Below are positions 11,864 through 25,902 of a DNA stretch of 64,000 nucleotides, in pieces. Under the pieces are notes generated by a model. It was not told where the DNA came from. It searched no databases and saw only the letters and a program-made list of their open reading frames with translations. The position numbers and the translations under genes are program-made. The DNA is from Octopus vulgaris (Eukaryota). The stretch spans positions 143,468,001 through 143,532,000 of the forward strand of contig OX597814.1 of assembly GCA_951406725.2 (NCBI GenBank), read 5' to 3'. Within the stretch, counting starts at the first letter, position 1; every line of letters begins with the position of its first letter.

Positions 11864-12358
11864 TATTAATAGTTATCGCAAAGCTAATATGGCAGCTCAG
11901 AAATATAGGACAAAAGCTGCCGTTGATTAGCTCCAAGAGGCCATCGCCTCTAGCTAGCTATGTGATACACGAACCTGTGTCCATTATAACCTTCGAACAG
12001 GGCATGTCAACCGTTTCCCCTTGCTGGTCAGGCATCTGCAGACTACTTTCAGCGTATTTTTGCCCCTTATCAATGCAGAGCAGCCGAACCCAGCAGGCGT
12101 TGCTACTAACCGTCTGTTTGAAGGATTATTTACCTAAATTCAGTGGAATACATCCAATGGGCAAATACCCTGAAACTAGTCTGCAGATGCCTGACCAGCA
12201 AGGGGGAGTGGCTGACCTCCCCTGCTCGAAGGTTATAATGGACACAGGTTCGTTTGTCACTTGGCTAGCTAGAGGCGATGGCCTCTTGGAGTTAAACTAC
12301 GGCAGCTTTCGTCCTATATTCCTGGGCTGCCATGTTAGCTTGGCGATCACTATTAATA
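11864..12358. repeat. Long fold-back element (~200-bp inverted arms) with an HHR at the inner end of the arms
   Basis: 11864-12065 is an imperfect reverse complement of 12159-12358 (e.g. ctccaagaggccatcgcctctagctagc / gctagctagaggcgatggcctcttggag). Confidence 0.92.
12035..12079 (-). ncRNA. Minimal type-I hammerhead motif, U3-A8 variant
   Basis: Minus strand: tctgca TTGATAA gggg-caaaaata-cgct GAAA gtag TC tgcaga, with a 6-bp stem I. The partner arm at 12159-12187 has the paired forms ccct and ctag. Confidence 0.7.
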
Positions 12359-12599
12359 GATAATATATATGCGTAAATATTAACAAGCGAAACCATTGGT
12401 ACGTAGGAAATCGTTTTTATTTCGTATATTTTCATTTGTCTTGCTAAGTTTTACATTCTGACGTTTTGCTGAATTTTTTTTTTTGTGGTGGGGAACACAC
12501 TCTTCTTGATTAGGCGATTTGACGTCTGTATCTAGCATATTAGGAGTCCACTTTGGTGGCTATTCCTCTTAATTTTGTATGAAATATACATACACACAC

Positions 12600-12661
<62 letters not shown>

Positions 12662-13692
12662 ATGTATGTACACGTGTATGCGTGTGAGAGAGACAGAGAG
12701 ACAGAGAAATCTTTTTTTTCGAGGATAGTGATGAGTTCTCAACAACTACGTCTTTGTGGTAGCCCAGTCTGTGGTGCTTCAAAAACGTTCTTTCTTTCAC
12801 TCGCTTTGATTGTTTTTGTTTTTGCATCTATCTTCACAAAGTTTTGATTAAAAGAAATAAAGTAAACAATTTCTCTTACTGTTACTGAACAATTTGCACG
12901 AAGAACCGGTTTTAACTTGAGCATGTGCAGAATTTACAGCAGACTCTCGTTTTAATCCCTGAACTTGAAGTGTCGCAGTTATGCCAATTAGCAGATATCA
13001 AAGAACGCTTCTTATGGAAGATAGAAATGTAAAACTAAAACAGATCACGCTAGTCTTTCTTACCGTCATTGTTCGTATTACATATGGGATACCCTTACTG
13101 AAATTTCTCTGATAACAGGAAACAAGTCCCTAAGCGGATGCAATATGGAATACATAAAATAGCATTTATAAACGCAATATGATGCATTAGACTGAACGTT
13201 GCCTTGGTTCTGTTTTTGAAAAGTTTATTCTTGCTATTCTCGTCTCCTTCGCTAAATAGTCATTGACCTAAAACTGCGTTCATCTGTTTAGTTTGACAAG
13301 TTTTCTTTGCGCCCTGATGGTTTCTAGCAACCTCTTTTAGTGGAATAACCTAAGGAGGAAATTTGCGTATATCTGTATATGTGTGTATATGAGTGAGTAT
13401 GTGTGTGTGTGTATACATGTATATATATATATACATGTGTCTGTGTGTCTCTGAGTTTGCCTTTGTTTCCCACCACCGCTTCACAACTGGTGCTAGTTTG
13501 TTTATGTCAGCGTAACTTAGCGTTTCGGCAAAAGTGACCGTGGAATAAGTACCAGGTTTAAAAAGAAATAAGTACGGGATTCGATTCGTTTGACTAAAAA
13601 TGTTCAAGCCGTTGCCCCAGAATGGCGGCAGTCTAATGAGTGAAATAAGTAAAAGGTATATATAATAAATATAGATAGATACACATATTAAT

Positions 13693-13895
13693 CTCTTTAT
13701 TGCCCACAGGGGGCTAACCCTAGAGGGGACAAACTAGGACTGATAAAGGGATTTAGTCGATTACATTGATTCCAGTGCGTAACTGGTACTTACTTAATCG
13801 ACCTTGAAAAGATGAAAGGCCAAGTCGACCTCGGCGGAATTTGAACGCAGAACGTAAAGACAGATGAAACACCGTTAAGCATTTCGCCCAGCGTG
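13693..13895 (-). mobile_element. SINE family A
   Basis: Same body and tail as 308-538. Confidence 0.85.
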
Positions 13896-14049
13896 ATATA
13901 GATACACATATATAGTAAAATTCTTTAACAGGATATCAAGGAAACTCGAAAGCCAGTGAGAAATTAGTGCAACATAATTGTAGAGGGTGTAGTTATATGT
14001 TACAAGTATAAAGTTTTAGTACATAATTTCTGCATTACTTAATTCAATT

Positions 14050-15250
14050 GTTCTTCAGAAACAAAATATTTTGAATCAGCAAACACTGCTAGATTGTTAG
14101 GATATTTTGGGACACCATAGCACTCTCGAAAAGAAAGTTATTGTTATTTATTCTCTATGGGTGAGAGCAGCATGTCTAGAATGTCACGGAGGAATTTTTT
14201 CAAGTACCATTTGAAGGTTATGGGAATTTTTGCCTTCCTTGATTTATTTTGTGTGTTGAATAGAGGTGAAGAAACAGCTATGTCGGAATATTATGTGAGT
14301 TCGATCCTGTAGTGGGCATCGGGAAAGTGGAGGATTTGTAATTATACTTTAGACCATGTTTTCCGTATTTTATTGACCATAGAGGGACAGAGCATACTAA
14401 GATGACCCAAGCAATCAAGTCAGTCATGGGATCTGGGTTTTGTTTCCTGTTGTTTTTTTGTGCTTTACCTTTCGAGTACTTCAATTTGTATAATGTTCTC
14501 TCTCGCATAGAGAAAGCAGTTTTTAACGTGAGACCGAGTGAAGGTTAAAAAAAAAACAAAAGAAAAAACAGGGGCTACTCCAAGATAACATTCTGTGGGT
14601 TATGTTAACTTGATCTTGATGTGGTCACTCCAGATTAGACGGTTGTTGTTGTTGTTGTTGATAGTTGCACATAAGGCTGTGTTAATATTTAAGGTGATGA
14701 AAAGTTCTCCTGAAGGTTGCTCGACTTTATCCTCTTTTCCAATGAGGATGAACTAAAATTTTCCCTCGTTTAGCCGAACATTCTTAGTTTTTACTCAGTC
14801 ATTTAATCACAACGTGTAGATCAGAATGGAGTTATAACGCTGATGACTTTGAGAACCGTGAGTCATCTTCAGAAATGTTTCTTTTTCTGTGTCTGGTTTG
14901 TGCTCTATCATTCAAATAATATAATGCAGAAGAGTGAGCTGAACATAGTGCCAAGACGTCACCCCAATTGACATACTTTTGTCGACCTCGCATATCACAA
15001 CATGTTGGCTCTGTTTACTGGAAAACAATCCGCACCTGTACCATTTCCCAGATTCCAGTGATGGTTGGTTGCTTGCAGCTTAATATTCTATCGAAGGCCT
15101 TGCAAATAGGAAAGCACATGACATCCTTGTTAGAGACATAACCCAGAGAATTTCAGATAGCAATGGAATAGTGCAGAAAATGCACAAAGTAGTACCTGCC
15201 ACCACTACAGCGTCGCTGGTTGGAATTTTGAAAATGTTCCACTTAAGGGA
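14050..15250 (-). pseudogene. Highly decayed non-LTR (probably RTE-like) reverse transcriptase relic
   Basis: Minus-strand CF..KAFDRI (15084-15118), a G.VLA..F-like segment near 14965 and a ..DD-like segment near 14865, in RT motif order. Boundaries are approximate. Confidence 0.5.
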
Positions 15251-16145
15251 AACAGTTACACTTGATTCTATTATCGACAAAAATACTTTGAAAATGTATA
15301 AGTTAAGAGAAATTGGATGGCAAGTTACATACAGGCAAAAACACATAATTACGCGGTTATATGTATATGTGTTTACTTGGATACATATATAATATATGAA
15401 CTTATATATTCGAGTAAATAGACATACATACATCAACACACACACATATGTTACATGTATAAAATATTTATATGCAGGTACATACACATATATACACAAA
15501 TACATTTTAGCCAATTAACTCGCTCATTTTAACCAACTAACTCGATCTGTAAGTGGAACAGTAAAGATATATAAGACATTACTGAAGTATAAAATAGGAG
15601 ATTGTTTTTGCTATCTACATTCCAGCGATGGAGCTTTGTATCTTAGTCAGAAAAAAGCTCCTTCTACAGAGAAACAGTCTAAATACAGATATTTATGTAC
15701 ACACGTAGACGCATCTATAAACATGCATACAGACATATAAATACATGCATACACACACACACACATATATATATGCATGTTTATATGCTTGTATGTGTAT
15801 ATATAATTATATGTACTCTTAGATTCGTTTGCATTCCTACATAAGTATTTGAGTGTTTCAGTAGTGATAGCAGACCACACGCACACACACACACACACAC
15901 ACACAGACACACATACATACACACATACAGCCATTCAATTAGCAGATGACTATAGATGCGATCTGACACATGTAGTTACATTCAAGGAAAAGTGCATGCA
16001 TTCATGCATGATTTCACGCATGAATATATATGCATGTCTGTTAATATTTTTACATCAGACGTTGTTCGTTAGTGTGCGCGTAATTGTGTGTATGTGTGTT
16101 AAGGTTTTTTATTGGTGAAAAGTCAGACGTAGTCACTCATGCAAT

Positions 16146-16266
16146 ATGTCTAACAATGTATGTATGTATGTATGTATGTATGTATGTATGTATGTATGTA
16201 TGTTAGTATGTGTGTATGTACGTACGTATGTATGTCTATATGTATGTATGCATGCATGCATGTATG

Positions 16267-16300
<34 letters not shown>

Positions 16301-16636
16301 TGTATGTATGTATGTATGTATGTATGTATGTATGTATGTATATATGTACGTACGTACCTATGTACGTATATATGTATGTACGTATGTATATATCTCTCTC
16401 ACTCTCTCTCACTCTGTCTCTCACCTTCTCTCTCTCTCCATGTGTATACTTATATATATATGCGTACATACACACAAACATATGCATAGACTTACATACA
16501 CAAATACGTATAAAAGATATATATGTATATATACATACATGTATGTTGATATATGCACATATACGATATATATATATGTATTTACATGCTTGCATATATG
16601 TATATATATATGTATATATTTATGTATTTATATGCT

Positions 16637-16689
<53 letters not shown>

Positions 16690-17170
16690 ATGTATGTATG
16701 TATATATATGTATATGTATGTATGTATATATATGTATATATATATATATATATGTATATGTATGTATGTATATATATGTATATATATATATATATATGTA
16801 TATGTATCTATGTATATGTATATATATATATATATGTATATATATGTATGTATATATATGTATATGTATGTATGTATATATATGTATATATATATATATA
16901 TGTATATGTATGTATGTATATATATGTATATATATATATATGTATATGCATGTATGTATATATATGTATATATATATATATATATGTATATGTATGTATG
17001 TATATATATGTATATATATATATGTATATGTATATGTATGTATGTATATATATGTATATATATATGTATATGTATGTATGTATATATATGTATATATATA
17101 TATATATATATGTATATGTATGTATGTATATATATGTATATATATATGTATATGTATGTATGTATATATA

Positions 17171-17203
<33 letters not shown>

Positions 17204-17480
17204 ATGTATGTATGTATATATATGTATATATATATGTATATGTATGTATGTATATATATGTATATATATATACATGTATATATGTATATGTATGTATGTA
17301 TATATATGTATATATATATATATGTATATATGTAGATGTATGTATGTATATATATGTATATATATATGTATATGTATGTATGTATATATATGTATATATA
17401 TATATATGTATATATGTATATGTATGTATGTATATATATGTATATATATATATATATATATGTATATGTATGTATGTATA

Positions 17481-17521
<41 letters not shown>

Positions 17522-17774
17522 GTATGTATGTATATATATGTATATATATATGTATATATGTATATGTATGTATGTATATATATGTATATATATATATATG
17601 TATATATATATATGTATATGTATGTATGTATATATATGTATATATATATGTATATATATATGTATATATGTATATATATATGTATATATATGTATATATA
17701 TATATGTGTATATATATATGTATATGTATGTATGTATATATATATGTATATATATATATGTATATATATATGTA

Positions 17775-17811
<37 letters not shown>

Positions 17812-17844
17812 ATATATATATGTATATATATATGTATATATATG

Positions 17845-17912
<68 letters not shown>

Positions 17913-18404
17913 CACATATATATATTGATATACACATACATCGCATTGAGTGTGTGTGTGTGTGTATGTGCATATGTGGGAGCACTTACATACCTAAGTG
18001 TGTATATACGAATGGGACTGAACGCATTTCAGTGCTGTTACAGAGCTTTCAGTTTTTGACATCAGCAGCAGTCACCTAGCAACTGCAGTCCGTCGATAAA
18101 ATAACATTTACATTGTGACAAGGGAGAGAGAGACACGCACACTCACTCACTCTGTCTCTGCCTGTCTGTCTCACGCTGTCTCTCTATCACTCAATCACCC
18201 TGTGTTTCTCTTGACGAATTTAGGTCATTCTAACCTTACGCTAGAAGAGAGAATACCATTAGATTGGACATATGAAGTATATATTTCTCACTTTCTCTAT
18301 GTATATAGATGTATATGTATGTATATATGTAGGTATATATATGTATGCATATGTGTATATGTATGCATATGTATATATGTATATATGTATATATATGTAT
18401 GTAA

Positions 18405-18442
<38 letters not shown>

Positions 18443-18904
18443 GTATATATATATGCATATATATATGTATATATATAAATGTATATATATCTATATAAAT
18501 GTATGTATATATGTATCTATATATTTGTATATATATGTATGAATGTATATATATATGTATATATGTGTATATATGTATATGTATGTATGTATATTTATAT
18601 ATGTATATTTGTGTGTGTATGTATGTATATAAATATGTCTTATATATGTGTACATGTATATGATGTATGTATGTATATATATATTTATATATATATATGT
18701 ATATGTGTATATATATATGTATATATGTGTACATGTATATGATGTATGTATATATATATATGTGCACATATATATGTATGTGTATGTACGTATATACATA
18801 TATGTATATATACGTATATGTGCATATATATGTATATATATCTGTGTATTTATATATAGATATATATAAATGTGTGTATATGTATATATATACATATTTA
18901 TGTG

Positions 18905-18950
<46 letters not shown>

Positions 18951-19025
18951 TATGTAGATATATATGTGAAACACGTGTACGGCGACATCCTTTGTGTTCT
19001 GTTTTTTATTTTTTCCTTTGATACA

Positions 19026-19071
<46 letters not shown>

Positions 19072-19940
19072 CATATATATGTCTGTTCCTTCTTGTCGAA
19101 GAGCGGAGGCTCGAAACGTAAAAGACTTTCTTACTTCCCGAGATTTTAAAATACATCTGTTTGTTGTTTACACATACCTCTTCGACATTTGGTTTTTTTT
19201 TTGTGAATTCTCACTCTATATATATCTGTGTGTGTATATATGCACATATGTATGTTGATATATATGTATATATGTATGTATATATATGTATATATCTATA
19301 TATACATGTATGTATATATGCCTATGTTTATATATATATATATATATGTATATATAGACATGTGTTTGTATATATATATATATATATATGTGTATGTGTG
19401 TGTGTGTGTGCGTGTGTGTGTGTGTGCTTGTATATATAGCTATGTATATATATATTCATATCTAGATATAGCTATATATAGCGATATATATGTATATATA
19501 TATATATAGATAGATATGTACTTATATATATATATGTATATATGTATATATTTATATATATGTATGTATATATAGATATGTACATATGTATGTATATAGA
19601 TATATACATATGTAAGTATATATATATATGCATATATAGATATATGTATATATATATAGACGGGTATGTATATATAGATATATATGTATGCATATATATA
19701 TATCTATCAACATATATATTTTTTTCATCTGGTTTCAGCTCACGAGCTGTGGCCATACTGGGGCACAACCATTTGGTGTTGCTACATGATTTTACTTCAC
19801 GAATGCTTTTTAGGAATTGACATTCGGTGCATGAGAGCGTTTGATGCAGCTTATATACGTATATATATATATATGTATATATAAATGCATATATGCATAT
19901 ATGTGTATATGTATATATAGCTTTATATATATATATGCCT

Positions 19941-19991
<51 letters not shown>

Positions 19992-19992
19992 C

Positions 19993-20033
<41 letters not shown>

Positions 20034-20401
20034 GATATGTATGCATATATAGATATGTATGCATATATAGATATGTATGCATATATAGATATGTATGTAT
20101 ATATAGATATATATGTACATATAGATATTTATGTATATATATATAGTATATATTGATATATATGTATATATAGATATATGTATGTATATATAGATTTAAA
20201 TATATATATAGATATAAATAATATATATGTATATAGATATATATATATATAGTTTTATATATATGTATGTATATACATATATATGTATATATTGAATTAT
20301 ATATACATACGTATCATATATATATATACACATATATATATATACATATATATATGTATTATGCATATATACATATATGTATATATTTGTATATATTTAT
20401 T

Positions 20402-20438
<37 letters not shown>

Positions 20439-20480
20439 ATGTGTGTGTATGTGTGTCTGTGTATATATACATATATACCT
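16146..20480. repeat. Multi-kilobase (TA)n/(TATG)n/(TG)n microsatellite field
   Basis: Directly visible. It is the source of the long YI/CM-rich spurious ORFs. Confidence 0.97.
19075..19222 (+). mobile_element. Hammerhead-bearing mini-element (degenerate core) in (TA)n
   Basis: cttc TTGTCGA a gagc-ggag-gctc GAAA cg TA aaag (19089-19124). The tail matches 26745-26935. Confidence 0.7.
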
Positions 20481-21060
20481 TGAATACTGTTGTCCATATA
20501 GTCTTCTCCCACGAGCCTAAATTTCATGAAAACTGAAGCATCCCAAATGTCAAGTACAAAAAGTGTAGTTGGCATGACATGCCTTGACTGTTGGTGTCGA
20601 CTACAAAAGCTCAAGCTTTTATTCTCCCCAGCTCCGCCGAGTGCGCTACATCAGCTGTATGATGCGGAAAATGTCGTACCATCATTGCTCAAATAATGTT
20701 GGCATAGCCTTTAGGATACACTCAAGACTTGGGACCCGCGCTATCCACCCACAAGTATCATACACGCATCACATAACAGCAATACGACACTTCAATTGGC
20801 CACGCTCTCTTTAACACTCGGCAAAAACACATTAAAGCAGAGACGGATCCCATAATGTTCAAGAAGTATTTGAAAAAATTCCATTAAAAAATTCCCGAAT
20901 AAATTTCCTACTCCCAGATATATCTCCGTAAGCATTAACTCTCTACTTTAATGAGCCATGTTTTCCGATTCCCTATTTGATTGAATTGGCGAGGTGGTGC
21001 AATTAAGTTTGACTTTGCTCGGGCCAATACTGGCCGTAATCTATCAAAGTATCAAAGTAT
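20480..21060 (+). mobile_element. Decayed CR1-type LINE 3' fragment
   Basis: LEYCCP at 20480, KL.LYS.Q.RR.RY near 20610, NNVGIAFRIHSRLG, and an (atcaaagt)n tail. An inverted copy of the tail lies at 21935-22040. Confidence 0.7.
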
Positions 21061-21065
21061 GCGCG

Positions 21066-21152
<87 letters not shown>

Positions 21153-21181
21153 ACACACATGTATATATATATATATATATA

Positions 21182-21375
21182 TAGCCACCATGATTGACCG
21201 CTAGCCTCTAAAGCTAGTTTTTATTTTCTCTCTATTTTCTCGTGTTCCTTTTTGTTGAAGCGTGTAGGCTCAACACGTAAAAGACTTTCTCATCTTCCTG
21301 ACCGTTAAACTAAAGCACCTGTTTGTGATTTCTACACCTGTCTTCGTCTTTTTTTTCTGCAAATTCCAACTATAA
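21182..21375 (+). mobile_element. Hammerhead mini-element family copy (core decayed)
   Basis: gccaccatgattgaccgctagcc...tgttgaagcgtgtaggctcaacacgtaaaagactt...cacctgtcttcgtcttt, between (TA)n runs. Confidence 0.7.
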
Positions 21376-21377
21376 AC

Positions 21378-21426
<49 letters not shown>

Positions 21427-21435
21427 TATGTACAT

Positions 21436-21486
<51 letters not shown>

Positions 21487-21499
21487 TATATATGTACAT

Positions 21500-21568
<69 letters not shown>

Positions 21569-21618
21569 TAGGCATATATATACATAAATATATGTACGTA
21601 TATATAAATATATATGTA

Positions 21619-21669
<51 letters not shown>

Positions 21670-21819
21670 GAAATGAAGAAAATGCTGACAAAATAATTTA
21701 AGTAAGGGAGAGTGTATTTAATTAGGTGAAAGTTCTTTTTACCGGTTGCGCATTTGTTATGCTTATCAAAAGATATTTTTTTAAGAGAGATAGAGTTCCT
21801 TTCTGATAGATTTTTTTCT

Positions 21820-21868
<49 letters not shown>

Positions 21869-22104
21869 GTATATATATGTACACACACGCACGCGCATGC
21901 ACACAAACACACACACACACACACATAAACACACACTTTGATACTTAGATATGTTTCGGCCAGTACTGTCCCACGTCATGTCTAACTTAATAGCACCACC
22001 TGAGAAAGTCATTCAAATCAGGAATCGGACAACATTGCCCACTAAAGGCGGTGCTTCAACATGGCAGCAATCAAATGACTGAAATAAATGCAAAACAAAA
22101 ACAG

Positions 22105-22182
<78 letters not shown>

Positions 22183-22309
22183 ATATATATATGTATATAT
22201 GTATGTATATATATCTACATATATATACATATATATATGTATAAACATATACATGTATAGACATATATATGTGTATATTTATATGTGTACATATATATAT
22301 ATATGTTGG

Positions 22310-22348
<39 letters not shown>

Positions 22349-22891
22349 GTATATATATGTCTGTGTGTGTGTATGCATGTATATCTGTGTTTATACTCAC
22401 ACTCACACACAGACATATATACATATATGTGTGTCTGCGTTTGTATATATGGATGTATCTGTGTATGTATATATATAGAGAGAAGGAGAAGGATAGATTG
22501 TGTGTGTGAGAGAGAGAGAGACAGAGGGAGAGATAGAAGTCTAAGGATAATAACAACTCTTCGCACAAAGCATGACGTTTGGGTGGGATGGGAGTTGATT
22601 ACGTAGACCTCAGTAGTTGACTGGTACGTATGTTATCGAACCCCAAACAGATGAAAGACGTCGTCAATCCCAACGGAATTTGAACTTGCAGCATAAAGAG
22701 CTGTAAGAAATGTCGCTAAGCTTTTTGTCCGCCGTGCTAACTCTTCAACCTGCTGCGTAGTAATATTCAGTAATAATTTCTTAATAAAAGTTTCAAATTT
22801 GTGCACGAGACCAGCAATTTTGCCGGAGGAGAAAAGTAGATTACATCGATCCCAATGCTCAACTGATACCTCTTTTTTCGATCCCGAAATG

Positions 22892-23350
22892 TCTGATTAA
22901 TTTCCAGTAACAAGCAATTACACTTAAGTAATTAAAAACCAACGTTCCACAATATGTACATTTTTTTCCTTCCGGTTACCAAATATTAAATAAATAGATT
23001 TTTAGAAAAATATTGTCATATGTCGACGTACGTAACAATTTAAACTTGATACAAATAATGACAGCAATAATAATAATAAAAATAAAAATAAAAATAATAA
23101 TAATAACAACAACAACAACAATAATAATAATAATCCTTTCTACTAATAGCACAACGCCTGAAATTTATGGGGAGAGGACTAGTCGATTGCTGGTACTTAA
23201 TTTATTGACCTTAATTTCTCCACTTGTACTTCATTTATTGACCTCGAAAGGATGAAAGGTAAAGTTGACATTGGCGGAACTTGAACTCAGAACATAAAGA
23301 CGGACAGAATGACAGTAAGCATTTTGCCCCGTATGCTTTAGGATTCTACC
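22892..23350. repeat. Duplicated segment (unique AT-rich part + (AAT)n + family-A SINE); partner at 43962-44398
   Basis: Both copies share tctgattaatttccag...aattacacttaagtaattaaaaaccaacgttcc...aaatattaaataaatagatttttagaaaaatat. Confidence 0.85.
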
Positions 23351-23378
23351 ATCTCTATTAATAATAGTAGTAATTAAC

Positions 23379-23419
<41 letters not shown>

Positions 23420-23424
23420 TAATA

Positions 23425-23595
23425 GACGTAGGAGTGGCTGTGTGGTAAGTAGCTTGCTTACGAACCACATAGTTCCGGGTTCAGTCCCACTGCGTGGCAC
23501 TTTGGGCAAGTGTCTTCTACTATAGGCGCGGGCCGACCAAAGCCTTGTGAGTGGATTTGATAGACGGAAACTGAAAGAAGCCCGTCGTATATATG

Positions 23596-23626
<31 letters not shown>

Positions 23627-23825
23627 ATACGTTTGCGCTTGCCCCCCCCCCCTCAACGCTTGACAACCGATGGTGGTGTGTTTACATCCCCGTAACTTAG
23701 CGGTTTGGCAAATAGACAGATAGAATAAGTACTAGGCTTACAAAGAATACGTCCTAGGGTCGATTTTCTCGACTAAAGGCGGTGCTCCAGCATGGCCACA
23801 GTCAAATGACTGAAAGAAGAAAAAG
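23425..23825 (+). mobile_element. tRNA-derived SINE, family B
   Basis: Head ggagtggctgtgtggtaag..gggttcagtccc, body gacggaaactgaaagaagcccgtcg with internal (TA)(TG)n, tail ggcggtgctccagcatggcc..gtcaaatgactgaaa. Confidence 0.9.
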
Positions 23826-24980
23826 ATAATAATAATAATAATAATAGCGAGTTTGATAGTAATACAAGTCCTTAGTGTTGTTTTGAAAGAATGACGTTTT
23901 TGTGGTGCTTGGGATTATGTGATAGTGGTGATGTTGATGACGGTGATGACGACGATGACCACGGCGACGACAACGACGATGATGATGATAATGACGATAA
24001 CGATGACAACGGCCTCGATAATGATAATAATGATGACGATGCCGATATTTATGAACAAACGACGAAGATCCCGTTGATGAGATCACGATGATGAAGATGA
24101 TGAAGATGATGATGATGATGATGATGATGATAACGATGATGATGATGATGTCAATCATGATGAGGTGATGGTGATGATGATGATGATGATGATGATCGCG
24201 GTGGCGGTAGGGGTGATGATGATGATGACGATGATTGCGGTTACTGTGATGTTAATTGCACCAACTCTAACGAACGAAGCAATGACGATGAAAACGGTGT
24301 CTTCATCATCTTACCTATCATTATCATACCTAACAGCAACAGCAGCAGTAGTAGCAGCAGCAGCAACATCTACTACTTCTTGTTGATGATACTGCTGCTT
24401 ATTCAAACTACATGGTCGCTCAATATGCTAGAAATAGGAGCTAAATTTCTCTCGAATGATATCTAATCGTGTTAAAAAGGGAAGGTCATACTGGACAAAA
24501 AGTACTCATAAATATAAATATATGTGGATGTGGCGATCAAAAACCTGTTCAATCAATGTTGACCAGGGGTTGAACAGCAACAACAGCAGCAGCAACTGTA
24601 GCAGCAGCAGCAGCAGTATCTGTTACCTGCACCTGCACCGGCACCAGCATCTCCGCCAGTACGAGTGCCAGAGACAGCAACAGCAGCAGCAGCACCGGCA
24701 GCCGAAGCGGCTGCCGCAAGAATTTCTCTGTAAGAGCATTATTATAACTATACGAAAGGTGTTGAGTGACAACGCGTAGGAAAGTGATGACAAGTTATAG
24801 GCTACGTCAGCAGTAACTGCTTCTTCTTGTCTGACGCCAGCAGTATTAATACCTGTATGTTTGTCTGTGTGCATGCATGCATGTATGTATGTATGTATGC
24901 ATGTATGTATGTATGTATGCATGTATGTATGTATGTATGTATTTGTGTATGTACATACGTACGTGTGCATATATATATAT

Positions 24981-25183
24981 AGGGAGAGTTCACAAAAAAA
25001 ACAAAAGACGAAGACAGGTGGTGTACAAAACAAACAAATGTATTAGTATAACGCTCAGGAATAGAAAAAATCTTTTACGTTTCGAGCCTACGCTCTTCTA
25101 CAGAAAGGGACACAGAAAAAAAAAACCAAGGTGAGAAACAAGGAGAAAAAAAATGTGTGTAGTGGCTACCGATCTATCATGGC

Positions 25184-25187
<4 letters not shown>
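24981..25187 (-). mobile_element. Apparently full-length ~205-bp hammerhead mini-element between (TA)n runs
   Basis: The reverse complement matches 26745-26935 and 21182-21375. Confidence 0.8.
25072..25107 (-). ncRNA. Minimal type-I hammerhead motif, A6>U variant
   Basis: Minus strand: cttt CTGTAGA a gagc-gtag-gctc GAAA cg TA aaag. Stems I and II are fully paired. Confidence 0.72.
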
Positions 25188-25222
<35 letters not shown>

Positions 25223-25902
25223 CCGGTCACCTACTTGGGAGTTGGGAAGGAAACTATCTTGTTTTAACCATCATCCTTTAAATCTTAAGATTTTGCAGAC
25301 TTTTATAGCCCCAGATATCGTGATCATTTGTAGCGTATGAATTCAGGATTTGCGTTCTCTCTTCAAGATCCCAAGTTCAGCTATATTTTGCTCTACTTTG
25401 CTCCAGACGAGTTGGCTTGTAATAATAATAGGTATGAAACTTAAAGTGTATCTTGGGTACTGGGTTTGCAAACTTATCAATGGTCAATAGATATCCTCTT
25501 TCTTTTGTATTTTTCTAACCACATTGGTGTCAAAGGGGGGGAGCTGATTTCCACAACAGAACATATCTTTAGCTTGTGGTATTACACAACTATAATGGGC
25601 CCTTAGTGTCTTAATTTGATACTTGTTGTTCGTATGTATGTATGTATGTATGTATGTATGTATGTATGTATGTATGTATGTATGTATGTATGTATGCATG
25701 CATGTATGTACGTATGTACGTATTACGTTCGTATCTATGTTATTCAGTTTTATTTGAAGATTTCTTGCCAATAGAGAAAGGGCCGGTTTCTAACCTAGAC
25801 CTAAAGCTCTTTCATTGGAATTTCAGCATAAACAGGATATTTCTGTATGTATGTATGTATGTATGTATGTATGGGTGTACGTGTGCGTATTATTTAAGTT
25901 CT

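Noticed and set aside
11758-12363. 201-aa ORF
   Set aside because: It spans a microsatellite and a fold-back repeat, with no recognisable protein motif.
16146-18059. 637-aa ORF and the many other YI/CV/HT-rich ORFs
   Set aside because: They are translations of (TA)n/(TG)n/(TATG)n microsatellites that lack stop codons, open in several frames on both strands.
25220-25620. Possible RT relic on the minus strand
   Set aside because: No diagnostic motif could be recovered.
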